DNA of 124,000 nucleotides. It comes from Hyalangium minutum (GTDB lineage Bacteria; Myxococcota; Myxococcia; Myxococcales; Myxococcaceae). The DNA lies in contig NZ_JMCB01000005.1 of NCBI RefSeq assembly GCF_000737315.1, positions 144,001-268,000 of the forward strand. Direction: 5' to 3'. The position numbers and the translations under genes were made by a program. This document shows, in pieces, positions 8,320 to 18,202 of the stretch (within the stretch, counting starts at the first letter, position 1; every line of letters starts with the position of its first letter). The notes beneath the pieces are model-generated. The model searched no databases. It was not told where the DNA came from and saw only the letters and a program-made list of their open reading frames with translations.

Positions 8320-10560
8320 ATGACTCCGAAGCCGCCCGGGTTCCTCGTCCGCCACATCCAGCAGAAGCGGTGCGTGGTCTTCGTCGGCGCGGGCCTCTCG
8401 GCGGGAGCGGGGCTGCCGACCTGGAAGGAGCTGCTTCTCCGGGGCATCCAGGAACTGGTGGGGTCTCTCCCCAAAGGCGAAGTCCACCAGCAAGAACTCT
8501 CTGACCTCGTCAAGTGGGGCAAGCTGCTGGAGGTGGCCGACTTCTGCAAGGAGAAGCTTGGCAGTGCCTACCACCAGTTCCTCAGCGAGCAGGTGCGCGG
8601 AGATCAGGTTCAGAAGCTTCCCCCCACCCATGATGTGCTGATGCGCCTGCCCTTCAGTGCGTGGGTGACGACCAACTACGACAAGCTCCTGGAGCGGGCC
8701 TACTCGCAGGTGAAGGGCGGCGGCTCCCCGAAGACGCTCACCCACAAGGACACGGAGGCGCTCGGGCGGCTGCTCTTCGACGGCGGCCCGTTCATCCTCA
8801 AGGCCCACGGGGACATCGACCGGCCCGAGACGGTGGTGCTCACCTCTCGCGACTACAGCGAGATCATCCACGCCAACCCCGCCTTCAACGAGATCTTCAG
8901 CGGACTGCTGCTCACCAAGGCGCTGCTATTCGTGGGCTACTCGCTGTCGGATCCGGACTTCCGGCTGCTGATGGACCGCCAGCTCACGCACTTCAAGGGC
9001 TTCGTCCCCGAGCGCTACGCCCTGATGACCGGGGTGGGGGAGGTGGAGCAGGACGTGCTCTGGCGCACGGCGCGCATCCGGGTCATCTCCTACGACAACG
9101 CCAGCGGGAAGCACGCGGAGGTGCTCGACTTCCTGAAGGCGCTGGAGGCCGAGGTGCTCCCGAAGCCGGCCCTGGAGCCGTTCATGGTCCCTTCGGAGTC
9201 CGCGCCGCCGCAGAGCGGCTCCTCACCCGTCCTGGAGTCCATGCCGTCCCGGCAGAGCAGCCCCGCCCCCACTCCGGCGGCGCAGTCCTGGCACGTCACT
9301 TCTCATAACGTCGCGGCGGGCTCGGGGCCGGGCAGTTCAGTGCTGGGATCCCGGGTCGCGGAGCTGTTCCTGCAGGGTGACGAAGAACCCGAAGTCAGCT
9401 CATCGGCCCCTCCCCCTCGCGGTCCTGTTCCCCAGCCCGCAGCCCACGTGCCTGCGGCAGCCCCCGCTCCCGTGGTGGTTCCTCTCACTCCCCACCGGCT
9501 CCACATCGAGCCCGTGGAGGGAAGGATCCAGCTCCGGCTGATCCGAGGAGACACAGCGCCGGTGGTGCAGGGGACCGTGCCCACCCGCCGGGGCGACGAG
9601 GCGTGGCTCTCTCTCAAGGAGGATGAGGGCGATGAAGCCACCGCTGCTCACTCCCTCGCGCTCACCCAGGGCCTGCTCCAGCGAGACATGCCGCGAGAGG
9701 TGCTCGCGGCGCTGGAGGCACAGGACGCCTCCGCCCAGGCGCCGCTCGTGCTGCACATCGATCCGGTGCTGGACCGGTTTCCCTGGGAACTGCTTCCGGC
9801 GGGATCAGAGCCCGTCAGCCTGATGCGGAGGGTGAGCCGCGCGCCCATGGGCATCCCGGCCCAGGTCCGTGGCACTCCCGCAGTCCGGTCCTCGCCGCGC
9901 ATCCTGCTCATCGAGGGGATGAGCCGTGATGGGAGCCTCCGGAGGCGCGAGCTCGAGCGCCTTCACGCGCTCTATGCGGCCGGCCCTTTCTCCTGCACGG
10001 TTCTCCAGGGCAGCGAGGCGACGTTCCGCCATGCCATGGAAGCGCTGAGAGCCGAGCAGACGGACGAACTGCCGGACCTCGTCCACTACACCGGGGAGCT
10101 CATCCTTCCCGGCTCTGGACCCTGCTTGCTGCTGCGGGATGGGCCCCTGCCGGTGGGGGCCCTGCGCTCCGTGCTCAGCCAGGGCCGACTGCCCTTCCTG
10201 GTGATGAATACCCCCTCCTCGGCGTACGAATACCTTCCGTTCCTGAAGCAAGGGCGGCGGGCGCTGCGGCTGCCCTTGCCCGGGCCAGACGCCTTCGATC
10301 AGCGCGAAGGCTTCATGGAGCTGGCCGTTCAGCAAGGCGTGGGAGCCTTCGTGGGGGCCTTCTCCTGGCCCGACGTGAGCGTGGGCGCGGACTTCATGGT
10401 CCAACTGCACCGGGCGCTCTTGATGGGGCAGCCCATCGGCGACGCCGTCCTTCAGGCCCGCAGAGAGGTCCACGCCAAGCTCCCGGATGATCCCACTCCG
10501 CTCCTGTACGTGCTCAGTGGCGACGGCGCTCTCCAGCTCGTCCGCTCTCAGCGCAAGTGA
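8320..10560 (+). CDS. SIR2-like (SIR2_2) domain fused to a degenerate CHAT (caspase-like) domain
   Basis: N-terminal GAGLS, TTNYD, KAHG and GYSLSD; Pro-rich linker; C-terminal FPWELL, DLVHYTG and ...ARREV...YVLSGD CHAT-fold motifs. Confidence 0.75.
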   Translation: MTPKPPGFLVRHIQQKRCVVFVGAGLSAGAGLPTWKELLLRGIQELVGSLPKGEVHQQELSDLVKWGKLLEVADFCKEKLGSAYHQFLSEQVRGDQVQKLPPTHDVLMRLPFSAWVTTNYDKLLERAYSQVKGGGSPKTLTHKDTEALGRLLFDGGPFILKAHGDIDRPETVVLTSRDYSEIIHANPAFNEIFSGLLLTKALLFVGYSLSDPDFRLLMDRQLTHFKGFVPERYALMTGVGEVEQDVLWRTARIRVISYDNASGKHAEVLDFLKALEAEVLPKPALEPFMVPSESAPPQSGSSPVLESMPSRQSSPAPTPAAQSWHVTSHNVAAGSGPGSSVLGSRVAELFLQGDEEPEVSSSAPPPRGPVPQPAAHVPAAAPAPVVVPLTPHRLHIEPVEGRIQLRLIRGDTAPVVQGTVPTRRGDEAWLSLKEDEGDEATAAHSLALTQGLLQRDMPREVLAALEAQDASAQAPLVLHIDPVLDRFPWELLPAGSEPVSLMRRVSRAPMGIPAQVRGTPAVRSSPRILLIEGMSRDGSLRRRELERLHALYAAGPFSCTVLQGSEATFRHAMEALRAEQTDELPDLVHYTGELILPGSGPCLLLRDGPLPVGALRSVLSQGRLPFLVMNTPSSAYEYLPFLKQGRRALRLPLPGPDAFDQREGFMELAVQQGVGAFVGAFSWPDVSVGADFMVQLHRALLMGQPIGDAVLQARREVHAKLPDDPTPLLYVLSGDGALQLVRSQRK

Positions 10561-10672
10561 AGGCCGGTTGACGCGGTGCAAAATCCAACCCCACGGGCCG
10601 CCGTGAAAATCGCCCTCTCAGGACCTGAGAACCCCACGAGAAGCCCGAGGCTCGTGTAATCTCCGCCCACCG

Positions 10673-12382
10673 ATGTGGCAGATCATCATCAACGGGCCGG
10701 GCTACTTCGACACCCCTTACGATCTCCCCGAAGGAGCGACCAGCCTCGGCCGAGCCGATGAGAACGACATCGTTCTCGGCGGAGACCTTGTGTCGCGCAA
10801 GCACGCCTGCCTGCTCGTGCAGGGCGACACGCTGCGCATCGAGGACCTCGGCAGTCGCAACGGCAGCCGCATCAATGGCCTCCCCCTCCAGGGCGGCAAA
10901 GACTTAACCCCCGGCGACATCGTCACCCTGGGAGAGAACACCCTCTCCGTTCGCCAGCCCCACACCGTGGAGAGCGCCGCCACGGAGATGGTGGACCTGG
11001 GCGCTGGAGGCGTCCGCCGCTTCGGCCACGGGGAAGACGTCTCCCCAGCGGTGATTCTCGCCAAGAATGTGAAGGATCTGGACGTTCTGCGCGCGCTCGA
11101 CAACTTCGAGCCTGTTCCCTACGAGAATGAATCGGGAGGCAGTACGCCCATTGGTGCCGGTGGCAGCAGCCCTCGCGTCTCCTACGAGAAGCTCGTGCTG
11201 CTGTTCCGCACCGCCGAGTCCCTGGCCACCGCCGAGTCCCTGCCCGCCTTCCTCGAGTCCGCCATGGACCGAGTGCTGGAGCGCACCGAGGCCACCACCG
11301 CCGTGGTGCTGCTGCGCCACTCCAGCGGGGTCCTGGTGCCCGCCTCCGTGCGCCACCGGGGCAAGCTGGCCAAGGGCGAGGTGCCCGTCTCGGACGCCAT
11401 CGTCGAGGAGGCCATGCGCCAGGGCCGCGCGCTCGCCGTGGGAGACGTGCGAGACGACCGGCGCTTCGCGGGCCGCGAGAGCGTCATCCTCTACGGCGTG
11501 GACCGGGTGCTCTGCATCCCCATTGGCCGCGAGCCTCCCTTCGCCGGCGTGCTCTACGTCAACACCCCCGCCGAGTCGGAGACCACGCTGGAGCTCATGC
11601 TGGACGCCTGCACCGCCGTGGCCCACCTGGTGGCCAGCGGCGTGCAGCGCTTCTCCGCCCAGAGCCCCAAGGAGACGGGTGGCCCCGGCAGTGCCCTGCG
11701 CCGCACCCTGGAGCGCTTCCACCCGCCCGAGGTGGCCGAGCGCCGCGCCGCCGAGGCTCAGCGCACGGGAGGCCGCCCCCCCGCCCTGGAGGAGCGGCCC
11801 CTCACCATCCTCCACGCGGAGATGGCAGGCTTTGGCGCGCTGTGCACCCGGCTGGGCCCCGTGCGCGCCTCGGCCGTCCTCAATGACTTCCACGCGAAGA
11901 TGAGCGGCCTCATCTTCAGCTTCGAGGGCTCGGTGGAGGCCTTCGTGGGCGAGTCCGTGCGCGCCCTGTTCGGCTTCCCCTCGGCCAAGCAGGATGACTC
12001 CGTGAGGGCGGTGCGCGCCGGGCTGGCGCTGCGCGCCGACTGGCTGCGGGCCATGTCCCGCCGGCCCGCGGACGAGCGCTGCGAGCTGCGCATCGCGATC
12101 CATACCACCAAAGGTCTGGTGGGGATGATCGGCCCGGACTCGCGGCTGGACCTCGGCGCCGTGGGCGAGGGTGTCCCCGTGGCGGGCTGGCTCGCCTCCA
12201 CGGCTGCTCCCGGACAGGTCCTCATTACCGGAAAGACCCTGGCTTCCATCGGAGCGCGCTTCGACGTGCTGCCTCTGGGAGAGCGTCTGGTGCGGCCTCC
12301 CAAGGACAAGGTGGCGGCCTTCGAGGTGCTCGAGGAGGACGTGCCGGCGCTCACCAATCCGGGCGTCCACGGGCCCAAGTAA
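10673..12382 (+). CDS. FHA-GAF-class III nucleotidyl cyclase-like protein (catalytic residues degenerate)
   Basis: FHA motifs GRA..NDI..VSRKHA..DLGSRNGS; GAF VLCIPI; cyclase fold with substituted catalytic residues. Confidence 0.8.
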   Translation: MWQIIINGPGYFDTPYDLPEGATSLGRADENDIVLGGDLVSRKHACLLVQGDTLRIEDLGSRNGSRINGLPLQGGKDLTPGDIVTLGENTLSVRQPHTVESAATEMVDLGAGGVRRFGHGEDVSPAVILAKNVKDLDVLRALDNFEPVPYENESGGSTPIGAGGSSPRVSYEKLVLLFRTAESLATAESLPAFLESAMDRVLERTEATTAVVLLRHSSGVLVPASVRHRGKLAKGEVPVSDAIVEEAMRQGRALAVGDVRDDRRFAGRESVILYGVDRVLCIPIGREPPFAGVLYVNTPAESETTLELMLDACTAVAHLVASGVQRFSAQSPKETGGPGSALRRTLERFHPPEVAERRAAEAQRTGGRPPALEERPLTILHAEMAGFGALCTRLGPVRASAVLNDFHAKMSGLIFSFEGSVEAFVGESVRALFGFPSAKQDDSVRAVRAGLALRADWLRAMSRRPADERCELRIAIHTTKGLVGMIGPDSRLDLGAVGEGVPVAGWLASTAAPGQVLITGKTLASIGARFDVLPLGERLVRPPKDKVAAFEVLEEDVPALTNPGVHGPK

Positions 12383-12483
12383 ACCCCTGCGTCTGGCCGT
12401 CCACAGGCCTTTCGGCCGGTTGACCGGTTGAAGAAGTCCCCCCGAACCGGCTTGAATGGAGAGATCGTGGGTCCTCGCACCGC

Positions 12484-15400
12484 ATGAACACCTCCTCCTC
12501 AGCCCGCCTGAGGCCGTTCCGGCCACAGGCGTTTGGCCGGTATACGCTCCTGTCCCATCTGGCCACCGGCGGCATGGGGGAGATCTACCTGGCGCGGCTG
12601 GAGGGAGCGCAGGGCTTCGAGAAGCTGTGCGTCATCAAGAAGATCCTGCCGCAGCTGGCCGAGGACAAGGAGTTCGTCGACCGCTTCGTGGGTGAGGCCC
12701 GCACGCTGGTGAAGCTCAGCCACGGCTCCATCGCCCAAGTGTTGGACATGGGCCTGCACGAGGGCGAGGCGTATATGGCCCTCGAGTACGTGGACGGCAA
12801 GGACCTGCGCAAGGTGGCTGGCCGCGTGCGGGACAGGCACACGCCGCTGCCGCTCACCTTCATTCTCTTCGTCATGGGGCGGGTGCTGGACGCGCTGGCG
12901 TACGCGCACCGCAAGCGGGACGACGACGAGAAGGACATCAACCTCGTCCACCGGGACATCTCGCCACAGAACATCCTCATCTCCTACGAGGGGGAGGTGA
13001 AGGTGGTCGACTTCGGGCTGGCCAAGAGCCGGCTGTCGGCGGCGAAGACCAACCCGAGCATCATCCTGGGCAAGTTCCTCTATATGTCGCCGGAGCAGGC
13101 CCGGCACCAGCCGGTGGACCGCCGCAGTGACTTGTATGCGGTGGGACTTTGTCTCTACGAGCTGATCTCCGGGAAGAACCCGTTCGACGCGGTGCACTCG
13201 GGCGACCTCATGTCCGTGGTGGCGCACCCGCGCATCGCTCCGCTGGGCGAGGTGGAGCCGCTCACGCCGTCCGCCGTGGCCAACCTGGTGATGAAGGCGC
13301 TGGCGGTGGAGCCGGCGCAGCGCTTCCAGACGGCCGAGGAGTTCCGCGCCAAGCTGATGGGCGTGCTGATGGACATCGACCGGAACGCCGGTCCAGAGAC
13401 CGTCAGCCGCTTCATGCGAGAGCTGTTCGCCCAGGAGTTCGCGGGCGAGCGCAAGCTGCTGGCCCAGCTGAAGGAAGTGCCGCGCGGGGGCGAGCCGCTC
13501 GTGCCGCGCATGGGCACCGAGCTGGACACGGATCCGGCCGCCCGGTTCCCTCCGCCCAGCCTGCCGCCGAAGACCATCAAGCTGGATCCGCCGCCCGAGC
13601 CGCTCTCCTTCCAGCCCACGCCGCGCTCCCGCCCGGGCGCCCAGGCGCATGTGCACGAGGAGGAGACCCGGCCCGGTGTGGTGGTCAACAGCGAGACCAC
13701 CCGTCCCGCCGTCTCCTTCGAGGCGCTCGACGCGGCCGCCCGGGCCCGCGTCCGGTCGCCGCTGTCCTCCCTGCCGCCCGCGCCCGACACCGTCACGGTG
13801 GAGCTGGGCTCGGAGGACTTTGGCCCCTTCCCAGGGGAGCCGGTCTCCGTGGCCTCTCCCGCGCCCGCGCGCTTGAGCGCTCCCACGGTGGAGATGCCGG
13901 TGCCCTACATGCCTGCGGCGGCCATTCCGCCCAGCGCACCGTCTTCGCCGCAGATGTCCGGCACCGCGCGGACCCTGGAGGCGCCTCGGGCCGTCCCGCC
14001 TCCGCCTCTGCCTGCTCCCAGCGCGTCTGGGAACCGGCCTCCCGATCCGCCGCTGCGCGCGGCCATGCCAGGTGCCCTCCCGCCGGGATCCGTCCCCACC
14101 AAGCCGGGAGAGATGCCTTCACCGCGCACGCCGCCCGCGCCGCCATCATCCTCCGCCGCCGCGAGGCTGCAGGAGACGCAGCGGGTGACGCTGCCTCCGC
14201 CGCCCTCGAGCGCGGTCACCCCCGAGCCGCGAAGGCAGGAGGCGAGCCGCGCCGAGAGCTCGCCGGCGTCCGCAACGGCCTCCCCGGCGGTGATGCTTCC
14301 CTTCACCACGCCGTCCACGCCGATGCCCGCGGTGTCAGCGGAGAGCCCGCCGCCCGTGCCGGAGGTGTCGCTGCCCGCCGAGCCCCAGGCCGAGATCGTC
14401 ACGGCCCCGCGGGAGCTGCCCCGGTCCATGTCCGCCCGCGCGGCGCAGGCGGACCCTGGGAGTGGAGGGACGGACGCCAGCCGCCGTGGCCTGGACGACA
14501 CGCACCCCAGCTACCAGATGGCTTCCTCGCCGCCTCCAGCGGATACGCAGCCGCGCGTGGTGCTGGATGAGCTGGCGCTCCAGAACGGCCCGGAAGAGGG
14601 CATCGTCCCGGGCATTCCGGAGGAGCCCCTCTCCAATCCCGGGCGCGACCGCTCCGAGGACTCCATCTCGGTTCCGGGCCGCCCGAGGACCGGACGGCGC
14701 CCGCGCAGCACAGGTGGGACGCCGGCGAGCTTGCCGGCCATGCGCGGAGGCACGGCGTCCGTGCGCGCCGCTCAGCGCCCCGTGGAGCCGGTGAGCGCCC
14801 CTCCAGAGCGAGCGGAGACGGATGACTCCGCTCCGGTGGCCATCGCCGTCGACGACCCCACCCCAGCAGAGGCCCGCGACCCGCGCGACGATACGCGGCG
14901 GACGCCCCTGCCCACCCGGCCGCCCACCGAGAGCCGCCGCGCGCAGCGTGAGGAGGCACGGCGGCCCGCGGCGCCGCCTGCTCCGGCCCAGAAGCGCTCC
15001 TGGGGGTGGATGGTCCTGAGCCTCGTGCTGCTGCTGGGCGCGGCCGCGGCGGTGTACGCGACGCTCCCGATGATCCAGGCGCTGGTGAAGTCGAAGCTGG
15101 AGGACGCGAAGCCTGCCGAGCCGGGGACGACGCGCATCCAGCCGACGCCGGTTCCGAGCGGGCCGCCGGGCCAGACTCCGGCCGCTGCGCCCCCGACACC
15201 CGAGCCCGCGGCGGCCACGCCTCCCGCGAGCCCCGCACCCACAGAAGCGGCAGCCCCGCCTCCCGCGGGGGCCGTTGCCGCCGTCACGCCAGAGGTTCCC
15301 GTGCCGGAGAGCGCGAGCCCGGATGAAGGCGAGGACGATGATTTGCTGCCCCTGCCTGCCACGCCGTCGCCTCCGCCCAAGAAGAGCCAGAGCTCGCGTT

Positions 15401-15657
15401 CCAGCAAGAAGGCCTCTGCGGCCTTGCGCAAGGAAGTGCAGGAGCTCAAGAACGACTGGACGGCGACGAAGGCCGCCTACGCGAAGCTCACCCAGGAAGT
15501 GTCGTGTGAGGCCACCACGCTGGGCCTCCTCTGCAGCAGGTACGACAACCTGCGGCGGGACTATGCAGCCTTGGGCGAGAACTCCTACGACAAGGAAATC
15601 CACAGCCGGGTGAAGAGGATGCGCACCGAGCTCAACAAGGCGCTGAGCGCCCAGTAG
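12484..15657 (+). CDS. Ser/Thr protein kinase, long Pro-rich linker, TM, extracellular C-terminal domain
   Basis: GGMGEIY, HRDISPQN, DFG and YMSPE; TM WGWMVLSLVLLLGAAAAVYA. Confidence 0.9.
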   Translation: MNTSSSARLRPFRPQAFGRYTLLSHLATGGMGEIYLARLEGAQGFEKLCVIKKILPQLAEDKEFVDRFVGEARTLVKLSHGSIAQVLDMGLHEGEAYMALEYVDGKDLRKVAGRVRDRHTPLPLTFILFVMGRVLDALAYAHRKRDDDEKDINLVHRDISPQNILISYEGEVKVVDFGLAKSRLSAAKTNPSIILGKFLYMSPEQARHQPVDRRSDLYAVGLCLYELISGKNPFDAVHSGDLMSVVAHPRIAPLGEVEPLTPSAVANLVMKALAVEPAQRFQTAEEFRAKLMGVLMDIDRNAGPETVSRFMRELFAQEFAGERKLLAQLKEVPRGGEPLVPRMGTELDTDPAARFPPPSLPPKTIKLDPPPEPLSFQPTPRSRPGAQAHVHEEETRPGVVVNSETTRPAVSFEALDAAARARVRSPLSSLPPAPDTVTVELGSEDFGPFPGEPVSVASPAPARLSAPTVEMPVPYMPAAAIPPSAPSSPQMSGTARTLEAPRAVPPPPLPAPSASGNRPPDPPLRAAMPGALPPGSVPTKPGEMPSPRTPPAPPSSSAAARLQETQRVTLPPPPSSAVTPEPRRQEASRAESSPASATASPAVMLPFTTPSTPMPAVSAESPPPVPEVSLPAEPQAEIVTAPRELPRSMSARAAQADPGSGGTDASRRGLDDTHPSYQMASSPPPADTQPRVVLDELALQNGPEEGIVPGIPEEPLSNPGRDRSEDSISVPGRPRTGRRPRSTGGTPASLPAMRGGTASVRAAQRPVEPVSAPPERAETDDSAPVAIAVDDPTPAEARDPRDDTRRTPLPTRPPTESRRAQREEARRPAAPPAPAQKRSWGWMVLSLVLLLGAAAAVYATLPMIQALVKSKLEDAKPAEPGTTRIQPTPVPSGPPGQTPAAAPPTPEPAAATPPASPAPTEAAAPPPAGAVAAVTPEVPVPESASPDEGEDDDLLPLPATPSPPPKKSQSSRSSKKASAALRKEVQELKNDWTATKAAYAKLTQEVSCEATTLGLLCSRYDNLRRDYAALGENSYDKEIHSRVKRMRTELNKALSAQ

Positions 15658-15659
15658 CC

Positions 15660-16436
15660 GTGACGCTGCTCCTCGAGACCCAGGGCCTCGTCGCCGGCTA
15701 TGGCCCATCGCCTGTGCTGCAGGGCGTGGACTGCTCGGTGCGTGCAGGGGAGCTGTGGGCGGTGCTGGGGCCGAACGGCACGGGCAAGAGCACGTTGCTG
15801 CGCGCGGTGCTGGGCGCGCTGCCGTGGATGCGGGGCACGGTGCGGCTGCTGGGGCAGGAGCGCTCGGCATGGGAGCCGCGCGAGCTGGCCCGGCGTGTGG
15901 CCTGGGTGCCGCAGCTCTTCGAGCCCGCCGAGGGCTTCAGTGGGTTGGAGCTGGTGCTGATGGGGCGCAGCCCGCACCTCGGGCTGTGGGGCCTCACCTC
16001 CGAGCGGGACGCGGCGCTGGCACGCACGGTGCTCGAGGAGCTGGGCGTGGCGCACCTGGCGGACCGGCCGGGCGAGGCCATGTCCGGCGGCGAGCGCCGC
16101 ATGCTGCTGCTGGCGCGGGGGTTGGTGCAGGAGCCCTCGCTGCTGCTGCTGGACGAGCCCACGGCCTTTCTGGACGTGGCGCACCAGGTGAGCTCGCTGG
16201 CACGGGTGCGGGCGCGGGTGGAGGCGGGGCTGGGAGCGGTGGCGGTGCTGCACGACGTGAACATGGCGGCGGCCTTCGCCACCCATGTGCTGCTGATGCG
16301 AGATGGCCGCGTGTTGGCACAGGGGCCGGTGGACACGGTGCTGGAGCGCGAGCGGCTCGAGGCGCTCTACGGCCTGCCCATGGAGATGGCGCTGGCTCCC
16401 TCGGGAGCCCGGCTCTTCGCGCCACGGGCGGGCTGA
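15660..16436 (+). CDS. ABC transporter ATP-binding protein (Fe-siderophore/cobalamin type)
   Basis: GPNGTGKST, MSGGE, LLDEPT, VLHD. Confidence 0.85.
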   Translation: MTLLLETQGLVAGYGPSPVLQGVDCSVRAGELWAVLGPNGTGKSTLLRAVLGALPWMRGTVRLLGQERSAWEPRELARRVAWVPQLFEPAEGFSGLELVLMGRSPHLGLWGLTSERDAALARTVLEELGVAHLADRPGEAMSGGERRMLLLARGLVQEPSLLLLDEPTAFLDVAHQVSSLARVRARVEAGLGAVAVLHDVNMAAAFATHVLLMRDGRVLAQGPVDTVLERERLEALYGLPMEMALAPSGARLFAPRAG

Positions 16437-16497
16437 TGCCGCAATGCGGCGTGGGCGCGTGGTTGACACCGCTCGCGCCGGGCGGGAAGACGGAGGC

Positions 16498-18189
16498 ATG
16501 AGCCTCCCCCTCATCGCGGGCTTGTTCCTGGTGCTGTTGGCGCTGGGCTACCACTTCTACGGTGGCTTCATCGCAAGGCAGTACAACCTGGACGACGGAG
16601 CGGTGACGCCCGCGCACGCGAAGCAGGACGGGGTGGACTTCATCCCGACGAAGCCGTTCTACCTGCTGGGCCAGCACTTCAGCGCCATCGCGGCGGCGGG
16701 GCCCATCGCCGGGCCCATCCTGGCGGCGCAGCAGTTCGGCTGGCTGCCCGCGCTGATGTGGATCTCGTTTGGCGTGGTGTTCATCGGCGCGGTGCATGAC
16801 CTGTCCACGCTGATTGCTTCGGTGCGGCACGGGGGGGTGTCCATCGCCGAGGTGGTGCGCGAGCACCTGGGGCCCCGGGCGGGCGTGGCGATGCTGCTCT
16901 TCATCTGGGTGGCGCTCATCTACGTCATCGTGGCCTTCACGGACGCGACGGCGTCCACGTTCGTGAGCGGGGACGCGGACCTGGCGGGGCTCACGTTCCG
17001 GTTCAACCCGGGCGGGGCGGTGGCGGCCGCGTCCATCATGTACCTGGTGCTGGCGGTGGTGATGGGGGTGGTGGACCGGTTCCTCAAGCCGCCGCTGTGG
17101 CTGCAGACGGTCCTCTTCGTTCCGGCGACGCTGGGCGCGGTGTGGCTGGGCACGCAGGTGTCCACGGTGCTGGTGATGGACGCGAAGGCGTGGTCCGTCC
17201 TCATCCTGGCCTACTGCTTCGTGGCGTCGCTCACGCCGGTGTGGATTCTCCTGCAGCCGCGCGGGTACCTGGGGGGCTTCGTCCTCTACGCGGCGCTGGC
17301 CATTGGCGTCGTGGGCATCTTCTATGGAGGGCTCAAGGGCGAACTCTCCATCCAGCAGCCGGCGTTCAACGGGTTCCAGGTGGGCGGGGCGGGTGGGGCG
17401 CTGTTCCCGTTCCTCTTCGTGACGATTGCATGCGGGGCCTGCTCGGGCTTCCACGGGCTGGTGTGCTCGGGGACGACGTCGAAGCAGATTGATAAGGAGT
17501 CGCACGTGCACCCGGTGGGCTACGGGGCCATGCTGCTCGAGGGCTTCGTGGCGGTGATTGCGCTGGCCACGGTGATGATCGCCACCAAGGCGGACCTGAC
17601 GGGCAAGGCGCCTGGCGCGGTGTACGGCATGGGGCTGGGGCGGCTGCTGGTGACGATCATCGGCCCGGAGCACCTGCTGTTCGCCACCACCTTTGGAGCC
17701 ATGGCGTTCTCCACCTTCGTGTTCGACACGCTGGATGTGTCCACGCGGCTGGGGCGCTACATCCTCCAGGAGCTGACGGGGGCGAAGGGCCGGACAGCGG
17801 CCGGGTTGGCCACGGCCATCACCTGCGGGGTGCCGATGCTCTTCGTGCTGCTGGCGGGCACGGGGGCGTGGCGCTCCTTCTGGACGCTGTTCGGCACCTC
17901 GAACCAGCTGCTGGCCTCGCTGTCGCTGCTGGGCATCTGCGTGTGGCTGAAGAAGAGCGGCAAGCGCTACGCGTACGCGCTGCTGCCCATGCTCTTCGTG
18001 GGGGCCGTGACGCTGACCAGCCTCGTGTTGCAGATTCGGGATGCCTTCTTCGTGCCGGAGGCCACGGCGGCGGTGCGGCTGAATGGGGTGGTGGCGCTGG
18101 TGCTGTTGGCGCTCGCTCTCTCGCTCTTCGTGGCGGGCGGGCGGGTTCTGCTCAACCGGGATGGGGCCAGACCCGCTCCGGCGGTGTAG
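16498..18189 (+). CDS. cstA: Carbon starvation protein A family transporter
   Basis: TPAHAKQDGVDFIPT, GQHFSAIAAAGPIAGP and IACGACSGFH motifs. Confidence 0.85.
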   Translation: MSLPLIAGLFLVLLALGYHFYGGFIARQYNLDDGAVTPAHAKQDGVDFIPTKPFYLLGQHFSAIAAAGPIAGPILAAQQFGWLPALMWISFGVVFIGAVHDLSTLIASVRHGGVSIAEVVREHLGPRAGVAMLLFIWVALIYVIVAFTDATASTFVSGDADLAGLTFRFNPGGAVAAASIMYLVLAVVMGVVDRFLKPPLWLQTVLFVPATLGAVWLGTQVSTVLVMDAKAWSVLILAYCFVASLTPVWILLQPRGYLGGFVLYAALAIGVVGIFYGGLKGELSIQQPAFNGFQVGGAGGALFPFLFVTIACGACSGFHGLVCSGTTSKQIDKESHVHPVGYGAMLLEGFVAVIALATVMIATKADLTGKAPGAVYGMGLGRLLVTIIGPEHLLFATTFGAMAFSTFVFDTLDVSTRLGRYILQELTGAKGRTAAGLATAITCGVPMLFVLLAGTGAWRSFWTLFGTSNQLLASLSLLGICVWLKKSGKRYAYALLPMLFVGAVTLTSLVLQIRDAFFVPEATAAVRLNGVVALVLLALALSLFVAGGRVLLNRDGARPAPAV

Positions 18190-18202
18190 CCTTCGGGGCT
18201 GA

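Noticed and set aside
5263-8320. Retron (RT + msr-msd) associated with the PtuAB-like pair
   Set aside because: No YADD-type reverse transcriptase and no long flanking inverted repeats are present in or next to the locus.
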